Source: a virus
IMG/VR virus record: IMGVR_UViG_3300044996_000496
Span: 23,579 to 87,578 of that record
Strand: one strand, 5' to 3'
Length of the DNA stretch: 64,000 bases
Shown: positions 1-8,727 of the stretch, in pieces
Layout: the number at the start of each line of letters is the position of its first letter
Numbering within the stretch: position 1 is the stretch's first letter
Program-made: the position numbers and the translations under genes
The notes under the pieces: generated by a model
Told to the model about the DNA's origin: nothing
Database searches by the model: none
Seen by the model: the letters and a program-made list of their open reading frames with translations, nothing else

Positions 1-1
1 A

Positions 2-157
2 CCATTTAAGGCTGTTTATATTCCAAGAATGATTTGGGTTGAGATGACATCCATGCAAAATAACTCAATAATTTTATGTTTAACAAATACTCATTATGAT
101 AAGCTTGATTATATTATAAATTATGAGGAGTTTGTATCATGCAAAAGAAAGTACTGA
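2..157 (+). CDS. C-terminal fragment of FdtA/QdtA/WxcM-like dTDP-sugar 3,4-ketoisomerase (cupin), truncated by the window start
   Basis: Not in ORF track. Frame from nt 2 reads PFKAVYIPRMIWVEMTSMQNNSIILCLTNTHYDKLDYIINYEEFVSCKRKY*, matching the FdtA C-terminal pattern (YIPxMIWxEM..., YDxxDYIxxYEEF). Stop overlaps the next gene. Confidence 0.8.
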   Translation, partial: PFKAVYIPRMIWVEMTSMQNNSIILCLTNTHYDKLDYIINYEEFVSCKRKY

Positions 158-1065
158 TTACTGGCGGTCTTGGTCACATTGGTTCATATTTAATTCATAA
201 CTGGAATAAGAATGATCAAATTATTGTAATTGATAATCTGTTAACGCAAAGATATTGTTCTTTGTTTTATTTGCCAGAAAATGTAAGATTTATTGAAAAA
301 GATGTAAAACATATTAGTGATGAAGATTTAAACGGAGTTACACATATTATTCATTTGGCCGCTATAGTTGATGCTGCAAATAGTTTTTCCGATCCGTCTA
401 CAATAATGAGTGTTAACTGTGAGTATACGATAAAACTTTTAGAACTTTCAGAAAAATGCAAATCACTTGAATTTTTTATTTTTCCGTCAACAACTAGTGT
501 TTACGGTTCAGGCACACCAAAACAGATCTTTACCGAAGATAATAGTACACTTCTTAACCCGCAGAGTCCGTATGCAGAGTCCAAAGTACTGGCAGAGCGT
601 GCTATAATGAAATCTAGTGTTCCTTTTCTAATATTAAGATTTGGCACAATATTTGGGCGTAGTATAGGAATGAGGTTTCAGACAGCGGTCAACAAATTAT
701 GTTTTCAGGCGGCATTTAATCAAAAATTAACAGTATGGAAAAAAAATATAGAATACTTTAGACCGTATTTAGGACTACATGATTGCTATAATCTTATCAA
801 TGGGTTGGTTTCTGGTAGGCAGTGCTTGAAATCTAGAAGTACATATAATGTTATAAGTTGCAATGAAAAACTTTCTAATATATTGAATATTATATGTTTC
901 TATGTCGGTAAATTAGCTATTGATTATGTTGATTCTCCGCTATTGAATCAAAATAATTATTTTGTTTCTGATGAAAAGATAAGAGAGTTTGGGTTTATTC
1001 CAGGCGACATGTTGGAGAATGGAATTTTTGAAACACTGTCTTATTTAGGTGTTAATAAAGTATGA
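139..1065 (+). CDS. NAD-dependent nucleotide-sugar epimerase/dehydratase (extended SDR)
   Basis: ITGGLGHIG Rossmann motif, HLAA, STTSVYG, catalytic YxxxK (YAESK). Confidence 0.92.
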   Translation: MQKKVLITGGLGHIGSYLIHNWNKNDQIIVIDNLLTQRYCSLFYLPENVRFIEKDVKHISDEDLNGVTHIIHLAAIVDAANSFSDPSTIMSVNCEYTIKLLELSEKCKSLEFFIFPSTTSVYGSGTPKQIFTEDNSTLLNPQSPYAESKVLAERAIMKSSVPFLILRFGTIFGRSIGMRFQTAVNKLCFQAAFNQKLTVWKKNIEYFRPYLGLHDCYNLINGLVSGRQCLKSRSTYNVISCNEKLSNILNIICFYVGKLAIDYVDSPLLNQNNYFVSDEKIREFGFIPGDMLENGIFETLSYLGVNKV

Positions 1066-1724
1066 AAAATATCGTATTTTTTGGTGGTTCTGGACAAGCA
1101 ATTGTAATGCGCGGTATTGCTGAAGATTGTGGATTTGGGATTATTGCTATTTTGGATGAGTTTTTAAGTACAAAAAGAGTTTTTGATGATATACCATTTT
1201 TTTGTGGACCTTCGTGTATTGATGAGTTTGTGGGTTCTGGAGAACTTACCAAAAACGGAGATATTTATTGTGCTGTTACGATAGGCAATCCAAATGGATT
1301 TAGACGTATTGAATTATACAATAAACTTAAAAATGAATTTGGTTTCTTGCATACTAGTTTAATAGATAAAACAGCGATCTTGCGTTCACCATATTTGATT
1401 GGTGCAGGGGTTCAGATTCATCCTGGTGTTGTTGTTATGCCTAGATCTATGGTTGGGTCTTTTGTTATATTAAATACAAAATCACTGGTAGAGCATGAAT
1501 GTATTTTAGAGGATGGAGTTGAGCTTGGCCCAGGGGCAATATTGTGCGGGTGTGTTACGGTGGGGAAGTGTAGTTGGATAGGTGCCGGGGCAGTTGTCAG
1601 ACAGCGTATTACAATAGGCGATAATTCTATTGTTGGAGCCGGGGCCGTGGTCGTTAAGGACGTCCCGAGTAATGTTATTGTTGTTGGTAATCCTGCTAGA
1701 ATATTGAAGTATAACAAACAATAG
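1062..1724 (+). CDS. Sugar N/O-acetyltransferase, NeuD/PglD/PerB family (hexapeptide repeats)
   Basis: N-terminal GGSGQA, IGNP..R, VEHEC, left-handed beta-helix repeats, VVGNPAR C-terminus. Confidence 0.92.
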   Translation: MKNIVFFGGSGQAIVMRGIAEDCGFGIIAILDEFLSTKRVFDDIPFFCGPSCIDEFVGSGELTKNGDIYCAVTIGNPNGFRRIELYNKLKNEFGFLHTSLIDKTAILRSPYLIGAGVQIHPGVVVMPRSMVGSFVILNTKSLVEHECILEDGVELGPGAILCGCVTVGKCSWIGAGAVVRQRITIGDNSIVGAGAVVVKDVPSNVIVVGNPARILKYNKQ

Positions 1725-1736
1725 AGGGATAGTATT

Positions 1737-2414
1737 ATGACAAAAAATGAATTTTGTGCTATTTTCAATTCTTTTGACACAACGAAAGTTACGTGTTCTG
1801 AGTGTTCGCATTATTCATTATGTTATTATAAACATTTTTCAGAATTATTAAATTCACAAAAGGTAATAAAAATTCTAGAATTCGGAGTTGATAAGGGGCA
1901 ATCTCTGCTTATGTGGAATAGATTATTCGCCAATTCAGAAGTGGTTGGTGTTGATAACAAAGAAGATAGGGTTGCGAATGCTGGTTTAATTTGTGCAGAT
2001 ATGGATATTACTGTTGTTTGTGGGGATCAGTCTAATATTTCGTTTTTGTCTGATTTGATAGATAATTTTGGGAAATTTGATATAATTATTGATGACGCTA
2101 GTCACATAAGTACTCAACAAATAACATGTTTTGAGTATATGTTTGAGCACGGTCTTCTCGATTCTGGGCTTTATGTTATAGAAGATCTTGGCACATCTTA
2201 TTGGTCGGACTGGTGTGACGGGGAAACGACAATGATAAAATATTTGCAAAAACTGGTTGACTCTGTGAATCATAGATTTTGGAAGCATGGGCGAATAAAT
2301 GTAAAGCAATTGCCAGGAACTCGCGTTGACGGAGCATCCTATCTTGAGGAAAATGTAACCAGTATATGTTTTCACAGAGGAATATGTTTTGTTCAAAAAG
2401 GTAATAATTTTTAA
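1737..2414 (+). CDS. Class I SAM-dependent methyltransferase, sugar O-methyltransferase-like (MycE/TylE-type motifs)
   Basis: ILEFGVDKGQSL, GVD, GDQS, FDIIIDDASH, LYVIEDLGTSYW. Confidence 0.8.
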   Translation: MTKNEFCAIFNSFDTTKVTCSECSHYSLCYYKHFSELLNSQKVIKILEFGVDKGQSLLMWNRLFANSEVVGVDNKEDRVANAGLICADMDITVVCGDQSNISFLSDLIDNFGKFDIIIDDASHISTQQITCFEYMFEHGLLDSGLYVIEDLGTSYWSDWCDGETTMIKYLQKLVDSVNHRFWKHGRINVKQLPGTRVDGASYLEENVTSICFHRGICFVQKGNNF

Positions 2415-2425
2415 TTTTTTATGGA

Positions 2426-3538
2426 GTGGTTTTTATGTTTAATTTAATGGATTTTGCCGCTGGTCCAAGTATGACGAGCTTAGAAGAATCGTATGTTTTA
2501 GACGCCATGAAGAACTGGTACGGCAAGGACGCATATAAATATTGTGAAATGTTCCAGAAGCAGTTTGCGGATTATCATGGCAGAAAGTACGGTGTTATGA
2601 CTACTAATTGCACATCGGCAATACACTTAGCTTTGATAGCTGCCGGGGTTCGTCCAGGTGATGAGGTTATTGTTCCAGAGCTTACTTGGACTGCCACTGC
2701 AGAGCCTATTGTCTGGCTTGGTGCTAAACCAGTTTTTTGTGATGTTGAGTATAGATCTTGGTGTATTAGTCCACGTTCTATTATAAATAAAATAACAAGA
2801 AAAACTAAAGCAATAATAGCAGTTGATCTTTATGGCAATATGCCGGATTTTAATGAAATTGTTGATATTTGTAATGATTATCATTTATCTTTAATAGAAG
2901 ATTCTGCCGAGGCGCTGGGATCTAAATATATGGGTAGATTGGCTGGTACATTTGGAGAATCGTCTGTTTTTAGTTTTCATAGAACGAAAACGTTGGTGTG
3001 CGGAGAAGGTGGAATATTGTTGACTGATGATAAAAAAATATATGATTGTGCTATGTATTTTCGAGATCATTGTAGAGATAAAAATAGAATGTACTATAAT
3101 TTAAATATTGGATATAAATACATGCCTTTTAATGTTCAGGCGGCTATTGCATATGGGCAATTGCAGAGAATAGATGAGTTAATTTCTATTAAGAGAAGAC
3201 ATCTTGATTTGTATAGGACTAGATTGGAGAAAATTGGAATGTTAAATATAGATAATGATAATGTGTATAATGGTGCGTGGATAACTTGTTTTATGCCTGA
3301 AAAGCGTCTTTATAAAGAGACTGTTGCTGAGACGGCAGCTAAATTTAATATACCAATAAGACCATTTTATTATCCGTTGTCTTCTTTGCCGGCTTATGGT
3401 GAATTTGCTAATAAATGTAAGTTAAATGAATCGTCATACTATTATAGTCAATATGGAATCAATCTTCCTGGTGCAATGATTTTAAGTGATGATATGATTA
3501 TGTATATTTGTGATATTTTGGAGAAATGTTATGATTAA
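2426..3538 (+). CDS. DegT/DnrJ/EryC1/StrS PLP-dependent sugar aminotransferase (perosamine-synthase-like)
   Basis: TSAIHLAL, GDEVIVP, VDLYG, IEDSAEA, SFHRTK(PLP Lys)...GEGG; real start may be ATG 2435. Confidence 0.93.
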   Translation: MVFMFNLMDFAAGPSMTSLEESYVLDAMKNWYGKDAYKYCEMFQKQFADYHGRKYGVMTTNCTSAIHLALIAAGVRPGDEVIVPELTWTATAEPIVWLGAKPVFCDVEYRSWCISPRSIINKITRKTKAIIAVDLYGNMPDFNEIVDICNDYHLSLIEDSAEALGSKYMGRLAGTFGESSVFSFHRTKTLVCGEGGILLTDDKKIYDCAMYFRDHCRDKNRMYYNLNIGYKYMPFNVQAAIAYGQLQRIDELISIKRRHLDLYRTRLEKIGMLNIDNDNVYNGAWITCFMPEKRLYKETVAETAAKFNIPIRPFYYPLSSLPAYGEFANKCKLNESSYYYSQYGINLPGAMILSDDMIMYICDILEKCYD

Positions 3539-4490
3539 GTTATTTAATATTGGAAATTTTGAGATAAATACGTCTAGGTTTGATAATTTGTTGCATGGAA
3601 AAGTTGTTTTTGAGTTTGAGCGTAAATTTTCCGAGTATGTTGGCGCGAAGTATGCGTGTTCTTTTTCAAGTGCGAGTATGGCAATTTTTGCCATTTTTAA
3701 GTTATTTGATGATTTGCGTAGTATTATAAATATACCAACAATGATACCACATGTTGTTGTTAACTCAATATATAACGCAGGATACAAAATCAATTTTGTT
3801 GATAATAACCAGTGGGTGGGCAATTGCTACTTATTGCATACATTTCGAGATGGGGTTAAGATATTTGATTCTGCTCAACAGGTTGAACGTTTTCAATATA
3901 AAAATATGTGTAATGACAATGATATTATGATATTTAGTTTTTATCCAACTAAACCTATTGGTAGTTGCGATGGAGGGATGGTTGTTTCAAATGATATGGA
4001 TGTAATTAAAAGATTAAGAGAATTTTCAATTAATGGAACTGCATTTAGTACAAACAGTTGGGATAGGGTAATTACCATGTGTGGCGGCTGGAAAGTGTAT
4101 ATGAACTCAGTGCAGGCATACATGGCCAGTTGTAATTTAGATAATTTTGAGAATAAAATTGAAAAGTTAAATCAAATTAGAAAAATATATAATAAATTTA
4201 TTGGAGAGATTTCTGTTACAAATAATAGTAATCATTTATATAGAATAAGAGTAAGCAATAATAAAGAATTTTGTGCAAAAATGCTTAAAGCTGGAATTAT
4301 GTGTGGAATACACTATGAAACACTTCATAATCATGACAAGTATAGAGATATCTGCGTCAATGATGTTGGTTGTGATTTTGTTAAATCTATATTTGATTCC
4401 AAAACAGTGGCAAGCATACCATTTCACGATAATATGAGTTATAGCGAAGCAGAGTATGTCGTTAAAAGCGCTATTGCATTAAGTAATTGA
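3510..4490 (+). CDS. Second, shortened DegT-family sugar aminotransferase
   Basis: FERKFSEYVG, DSAQ, SFYPTKPIGSCDGG, GIHY, SIPFH; likely start ATG 3531. Confidence 0.85.
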   Translation: MIFWRNVMIKLFNIGNFEINTSRFDNLLHGKVVFEFERKFSEYVGAKYACSFSSASMAIFAIFKLFDDLRSIINIPTMIPHVVVNSIYNAGYKINFVDNNQWVGNCYLLHTFRDGVKIFDSAQQVERFQYKNMCNDNDIMIFSFYPTKPIGSCDGGMVVSNDMDVIKRLREFSINGTAFSTNSWDRVITMCGGWKVYMNSVQAYMASCNLDNFENKIEKLNQIRKIYNKFIGEISVTNNSNHLYRIRVSNNKEFCAKMLKAGIMCGIHYETLHNHDKYRDICVNDVGCDFVKSIFDSKTVASIPFHDNMSYSEAEYVVKSAIALSN

Positions 4491-5354
4491 TTTTGATATT
4501 TCAATTATTTTTTTTGCCCAGTTGTTTCTGCTATATTTTTGAACCCCAATAAATCCATTATATCTTATTCTATTTCTTTCATCTGTATTTTTTAAGTAAT
4601 ATTGTATTTTTTCATTTAGATCACTTATGGAGTCGAATATGACCAAGTGTTCTTTATCAATAAATATGTCAGATCTTCCGAGCCAATCATTTGTTAGTAG
4701 AAATCCTCCAGCGGCCAATATTTTGTATACCCTATCCGACATACAGTTAGCTGTACACATATTGAGATTGATTTTACTTCTGCTAACAACGTTTGCATGC
4801 TCCTTGGCAAATGCGTTCTGGAATACCTGTATTTTTGTTGTTACAGAATTTATAAGATCTGCTCTGTAGCCGTATATACTCCCAATAAATGAAACATCTA
4901 TGTCCTGTTCAGTGCAATGTCTTGGCCTGTCAATGTCCTGGTCGAAGCCCTCTGGAACTAAAAAGGTATTTTTGTTGAGCCTGTATGCATCTTGATATAC
5001 TTGTGGTTTGTCACAGCATACAAATGAGCAGTAGAGGGCTTTTGTTCTAGCCTCGGCGTCCCAATTTGGTGTTGCATCCATAAACCATAGGCATGTTTTT
5101 GAATATTTATTGCACTCATGAATTACTCGTATGTTTACAAGATTTCCTTTGCTGAAGATAACTAAGTCTGGAAGTTCGGTTTTGCATACTTCAATTATTT
5201 CTAGGTCTCTTTTTTCCCTGCTGCCAAGCTCGTCTGCGCGTACCCTAAAATTGTATTTTATTACCTCTGCTCCGCTGTGTTCTAGTCCCCTGGCCTGCGA
5301 ATTGTTCGTTGACTTGTTAAGTTCGTCAAATACTGCAATAAATAATATTTTCAT
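4479..5354 (-). CDS. Glycosyltransferase, CgeB-like GT-B
   Basis: PDLVIFSKG, LWFMD, DVSFIGS...R, SKINLN, RVYKILAAGGFLLT, EHLVIFD. Confidence 0.85.
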   Translation of the reverse strand: MKILFIAVFDELNKSTNNSQARGLEHSGAEVIKYNFRVRADELGSREKRDLEIIEVCKTELPDLVIFSKGNLVNIRVIHECNKYSKTCLWFMDATPNWDAEARTKALYCSFVCCDKPQVYQDAYRLNKNTFLVPEGFDQDIDRPRHCTEQDIDVSFIGSIYGYRADLINSVTTKIQVFQNAFAKEHANVVSRSKINLNMCTANCMSDRVYKILAAGGFLLTNDWLGRSDIFIDKEHLVIFDSISDLNEKIQYYLKNTDERNRIRYNGFIGVQKYSRNNWAKKIIEISKSIT

Positions 5355-5761
5355 TTATTTTGGTATCCTTCATAAAATTTAATATCTTCTTCGGATATTT
5401 GTTTGTGATGATTTTTATCTATATGGGCATCAAGATAAACATTTATTGCTTTTAATAATTTTGGGCGTTTTATTCTGCATATAAAGTCTATTTTTCTTTT
5501 TATTTTTTTGATTTTATATGCATCACTAGTTGCCGATACCTCGTCTTCCATTTTCCAGAGTCTTATGTGCAATATTATTAGTTTTTCTAGCATTTCAGCA
5601 AAATTATCACTAAACTCAAGATCAAGATCGGACAGTGGCTCTTTGTAAAATCTTTGTGCAATTTCTTGTAATATTAAATCTGCTGCTTGTTCTATGTTTG
5701 GTTGTTTTCCGTTTGACATTTTATTGATTTTCCAAGATTTCGTTGATTTTTGAGTATACAC
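5351..5761 (-). CDS. Hypothetical helical protein of the DUF4254/DUF6165-like type seen in phage sugar-modification clusters
   Basis: LEKLIILHIRLWKMEDEV...R..L...IN pattern; likely start ATG 5719. Confidence 0.45.
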   Translation of the reverse strand: MYTQKSTKSWKINKMSNGKQPNIEQAADLILQEIAQRFYKEPLSDLDLEFSDNFAEMLEKLIILHIRLWKMEDEVSATSDAYKIKKIKRKIDFICRIKRPKLLKAINVYLDAHIDKNHHKQISEEDIKFYEGYQNK

Positions 5762-6653
5762 TATTAGGCTGCGGCTGTCTGCCGATTTCTTGAACTATTT
5801 TGATTTTTACATTGAAAGGGTTCCAGTCTCTGGTGTATCTGTTCAGATACTCTTCTATTCCGATAACAAGAACTCGCGGACATGAACACAGGGCGGCTAG
5901 ATTGATTGGCCCGCTCGGACATCCGATCATACATTTTGCATTGTTTAACATGTATATTTCATTTTCTAGATTAATTCCTCGCATGTCTTCTATCCCAGGT
6001 AATGATAGTGACCCATGTATATCTCCAATGGTGCATATTGATAGATTTTTGTGTTTTGATTTTTTTATTATATCAATTAGAGATAGCCAATTACCAACGT
6101 GCCAATTTTTGTTGGCGGAATTTCCTTTTGTAGTTGATCGTGCGTGTATTATTATATCAAATGTCTTTTGATTGTCCATTTTTATATTATATGGTATGAA
6201 TGATTGATTAATTTCGTAAAATTGATTTTGGGGATTATTTTGATTAGACCAAAACATTGAATTATAGTTAATAACCTCTTCATTCGGAGGTATCCATATA
6301 TACTCTTTTTTGTCGGTGCTGCAGAATGATAAAACGTAGTATTGTCCGCAGTTTAAGGGTGTATTTAGTACAGTAAACTTGGTTTTTATTGGTATATGGG
6401 AATTTATTGTGTCTAAAACACTTTGGTGCATGTGGTCAAATCCCCACATGCGAGACATTGATGTGTCTCCGTACATATATGTTTGATATGGTATAAATTT
6501 TTCAGCGAAGTCTTTGTATAATATTTTATGGTTTGGATTATCAACTACTGTTATTTCATATCCAATTTTTGATAGGTATCTAAGGTGGGCCTGCCAGCAG
6601 AATAGCTTCCACCCAAACTCTCCGACAAATGGGCCAGCTATTATTTTTTGCAT
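5721..6653 (-). CDS. Glycosyltransferase family 9-like (heptosyltransferase fold) protein
   Basis: GEFGW, IIIHAR...KNW, DMRG, IGCPSGPINLAALC. Confidence 0.7.
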   Translation of the reverse strand: MQKIIAGPFVGEFGWKLFCWQAHLRYLSKIGYEITVVDNPNHKILYKDFAEKFIPYQTYMYGDTSMSRMWGFDHMHQSVLDTINSHIPIKTKFTVLNTPLNCGQYYVLSFCSTDKKEYIWIPPNEEVINYNSMFWSNQNNPQNQFYEINQSFIPYNIKMDNQKTFDIIIHARSTTKGNSANKNWHVGNWLSLIDIIKKSKHKNLSICTIGDIHGSLSLPGIEDMRGINLENEIYMLNNAKCMIGCPSGPINLAALCSCPRVLVIGIEEYLNRYTRDWNPFNVKIKIVQEIGRQPQPNSVYSKINEILENQ

Positions 6654-6654
6654 G

Positions 6655-7224
6655 TTAAATTATTTTGTCTATAAACCCGAGCTTGAGTGCTCTTACTGGT
6701 GATAAATAAATATCATTGCCCTCTCTGAGCATTTTGTCTAATGTATTATAGTGCAGTTTGGTGTTGCTTGATATGATTTTGCAGTATATTTTGTGTATTC
6801 TGTTGAACTCTTTAAGCATTTCCTCCATTGCACGCAGGTTCGAGTCTGATATTTCAGTTTCTTTTATTCCATGCATCATTATTGTGCTTTGCTTAAACGC
6901 ATGTCTGTTTCCGATTGTTCCGGCAACAAGCGGTAGGACAGCTGCCGATGCTGCTATCCCGAGACAATATGTATTTATTTGACATTTTGCATTTTTTATT
7001 AGTTCATATATTCCTATTGAGTAGTATACATCCCCACCGTCGGATGATATAATTATATCTATTGGATCTGCTTTTTTATCCATAAAATCGAAATCATAAA
7101 ATTGTTTTGATATTTCCGAGCACGTTGATGAGTCTATTATTTTGCCAAAAAATATTTCTCGTTTTTTACGTGGTAATTTTTTTGTCACATACCACCCCCC
7201 TTTATTACATAGATACATTATCAA
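6655..7224 (-). CDS. clpP: ClpP-family serine protease
   Basis: ISSDGGDV, AASAA (Ser), TIMMHG (His), NDIYL (Asp), ALKLGFIDKII; likely start GTG 7188 after a G-rich SD. Confidence 0.88.
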   Translation of the reverse strand: MIMYLCNKGGWYVTKKLPRKKREIFFGKIIDSSTCSEISKQFYDFDFMDKKADPIDIIISSDGGDVYYSIGIYELIKNAKCQINTYCLGIAASAAVLPLVAGTIGNRHAFKQSTIMMHGIKETEISDSNLRAMEEMLKEFNRIHKIYCKIISSNTKLHYNTLDKMLREGNDIYLSPVRALKLGFIDKII

Positions 7225-7253
7225 TTGCGTAATTTGTTATTATTCACTATATT
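7225..7253 (+). promoter_or_regulatory. Putative sigma70-type promoter at the divergent junction
   Basis: TTGCGT (7225-7230), 17 nt spacer, TATATT (7248-7253), upstream of the GGAGG SD and ATG 7278. Confidence 0.5.
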
Positions 7254-7277
7254 ATGTTGTGAACCGTTGGAGGGGGT

Positions 7278-7682
7278 ATGGATAAAAAATGTTCTTGCTG
7301 TGGGCATGAGATAAAAAAAATACACAAATGTGATCTTTGTGGGGAGGATGTGTGTAATAATTGTCTTATTGAGTGGACAGTTGCGCCTGGGTACATAAAC
7401 AATAATAACTGTTTTGAGTTTACGTGTGTATTTGATGCCACCGCAAATGAATATAACAGTGGGGTCGATGGGATGGGGTCTGTCTTCGGTTTGTGCCACA
7501 TGTGTTATGCGGCCAATCAGGATTTGTTTGTAGGATTTTGGAGAGATGCAACTAAAACAATAGTTAGTATATTGAATAAATTTATTGCAGATAATAAAGA
7601 GAAGATGAAAGAAGAAATTTTTAGGAGGGATGAGAGATTAAGTCAGATGGAGAGAAGTCTAAAGAGGGCGGCAGAGGATTAA
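7278..7682 (+). CDS. Cys-rich (zinc-finger-like) hypothetical protein
   Basis: CSCC, CDLC, CNNC, CHMC; strong SD. Confidence 0.6.
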   Translation: MDKKCSCCGHEIKKIHKCDLCGEDVCNNCLIEWTVAPGYINNNNCFEFTCVFDATANEYNSGVDGMGSVFGLCHMCYAANQDLFVGFWRDATKTIVSILNKFIADNKEKMKEEIFRRDERLSQMERSLKRAAED

Positions 7683-7729
7683 TTGAAAAAGATAAAATAC
7701 CAAGCAATATCGGGAAAAAACTGGGTTGC

Positions 7730-8002
7730 TTGGCAGATGTTTTACTATGTGATGAAGTAATTGATTTTGTTTCACAGGATTCATTTGAAAAGTTGAAATC
7801 TAAAGTAATTGCAAATCTTAGAAAACTGTATATTGATAACAAAATAGATTTGTCTAATGTTGACGATGATTTAGGCAGCGTTTCAGTTGCCGACAGAGAA
7901 AAAAGAATATTAAAAAACAAAACTAAAACAGAGCTTTTGAGGAAGGGAAATGCAGGGAAACGAGTTAACACTGGACAGAGGGGCACAGCGAGGATTTATT
8001 AG
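7730..8002 (+). CDS. Hypothetical protein (start uncertain)
   Basis: ORF fills the gap in a tightly packed operon; frame is open upstream to about 7634. Confidence 0.4.
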   Translation: MADVLLCDEVIDFVSQDSFEKLKSKVIANLRKLYIDNKIDLSNVDDDLGSVSVADREKRILKNKTKTELLRKGNAGKRVNTGQRGTARIY

Positions 8003-8420
8003 AGATGAGATGATTAGATTCCAAAATTTGCTTGGGTCAATTACTGAGTCTGTATATGAGGCAGAAGTTGCATACAAAAGACAAGAATTGTTTTGCAAAA
8101 TTTTGGAGAGGGCGTTATTGGTTGAGGTGTTTGAGTCCGAAGAGGCGAAGTCTAAAAATTGGTCAGTAGATATGAAAAAGGCCAATGCGTTTCTTGCATC
8201 AATATCTAGGGAAAAACTTCTCAGTCGCCATGGAATAGATAAAATAATCCCGCCAGACAGGGCAACCTTTTCATTGTCAGAGGAAAAAGCGGTAGAGTTA
8301 GAGCTTGAGGCTTTGTGGAATCGTCTTAGAAACCGCATGGCGGCTATAAATGTTACAATAGATGTAGCTAGGAGCGGACTTTCATACGATAAGTCGGAGG
8401 CTGAAAACTATGCCAAGTAA
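7950..8420 (+). CDS. Hypothetical helical/coiled-coil protein
   Basis: SD GGAAGGG before ATG; overlaps next gene. Confidence 0.55.
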   Translation: MQGNELTLDRGAQRGFIRDEMIRFQNLLGSITESVYEAEVAYKRQELFCKILERALLVEVFESEEAKSKNWSVDMKKANAFLASISREKLLSRHGIDKIIPPDRATFSLSEEKAVELELEALWNRLRNRMAAINVTIDVARSGLSYDKSEAENYAK

Positions 8421-8727
8421 TAGGGGTGAGTTGAATTTATCCGCATATGAGGAGATTATTACAGAGGCTCGTAAGCTGGCTGAGGAAAAGTATAAGGGTT
8501 ATGGTCCTGATAATATAGGGGCTTTTGCTGATTTTGGATGTTTAGTCAGGGCAAATGATAAAATACAAAGAATGAAAACAATTTATTTGCGTCGCTTTAA
8601 TTCAGGAGTATCTGAAGATAAAGCGTTGGTTGGGGCCGTTCCAGACGAAAAGATAGATGATGATATTAAGGATGCTATTAATTATTTAGTTTATATGTTG
8701 ATGTGTCGGAGGGGACAGTGGATGTAA
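8410..8727 (+). CDS. DUF1599 / nucleotide-modification-associated domain 1 protein
   Basis: K..GYG..N, G..VR..DKIQR, DE..DDDIKDAINY pattern. Confidence 0.75.
   Translation: MPSNRGELNLSAYEEIITEARKLAEEKYKGYGPDNIGAFADFGCLVRANDKIQRMKTIYLRRFNSGVSEDKALVGAVPDEKIDDDIKDAINYLVYMLMCRRGQWM

Noticed and set aside
2-6653. Host O-antigen/capsule locus flanking a prophage
   Set aside because: No flippase, polymerase, initiating phosphoglycosyltransferase, att site or integrase; packing and composition match the phage genes. Not fully excluded, because the cluster runs off the window edge.
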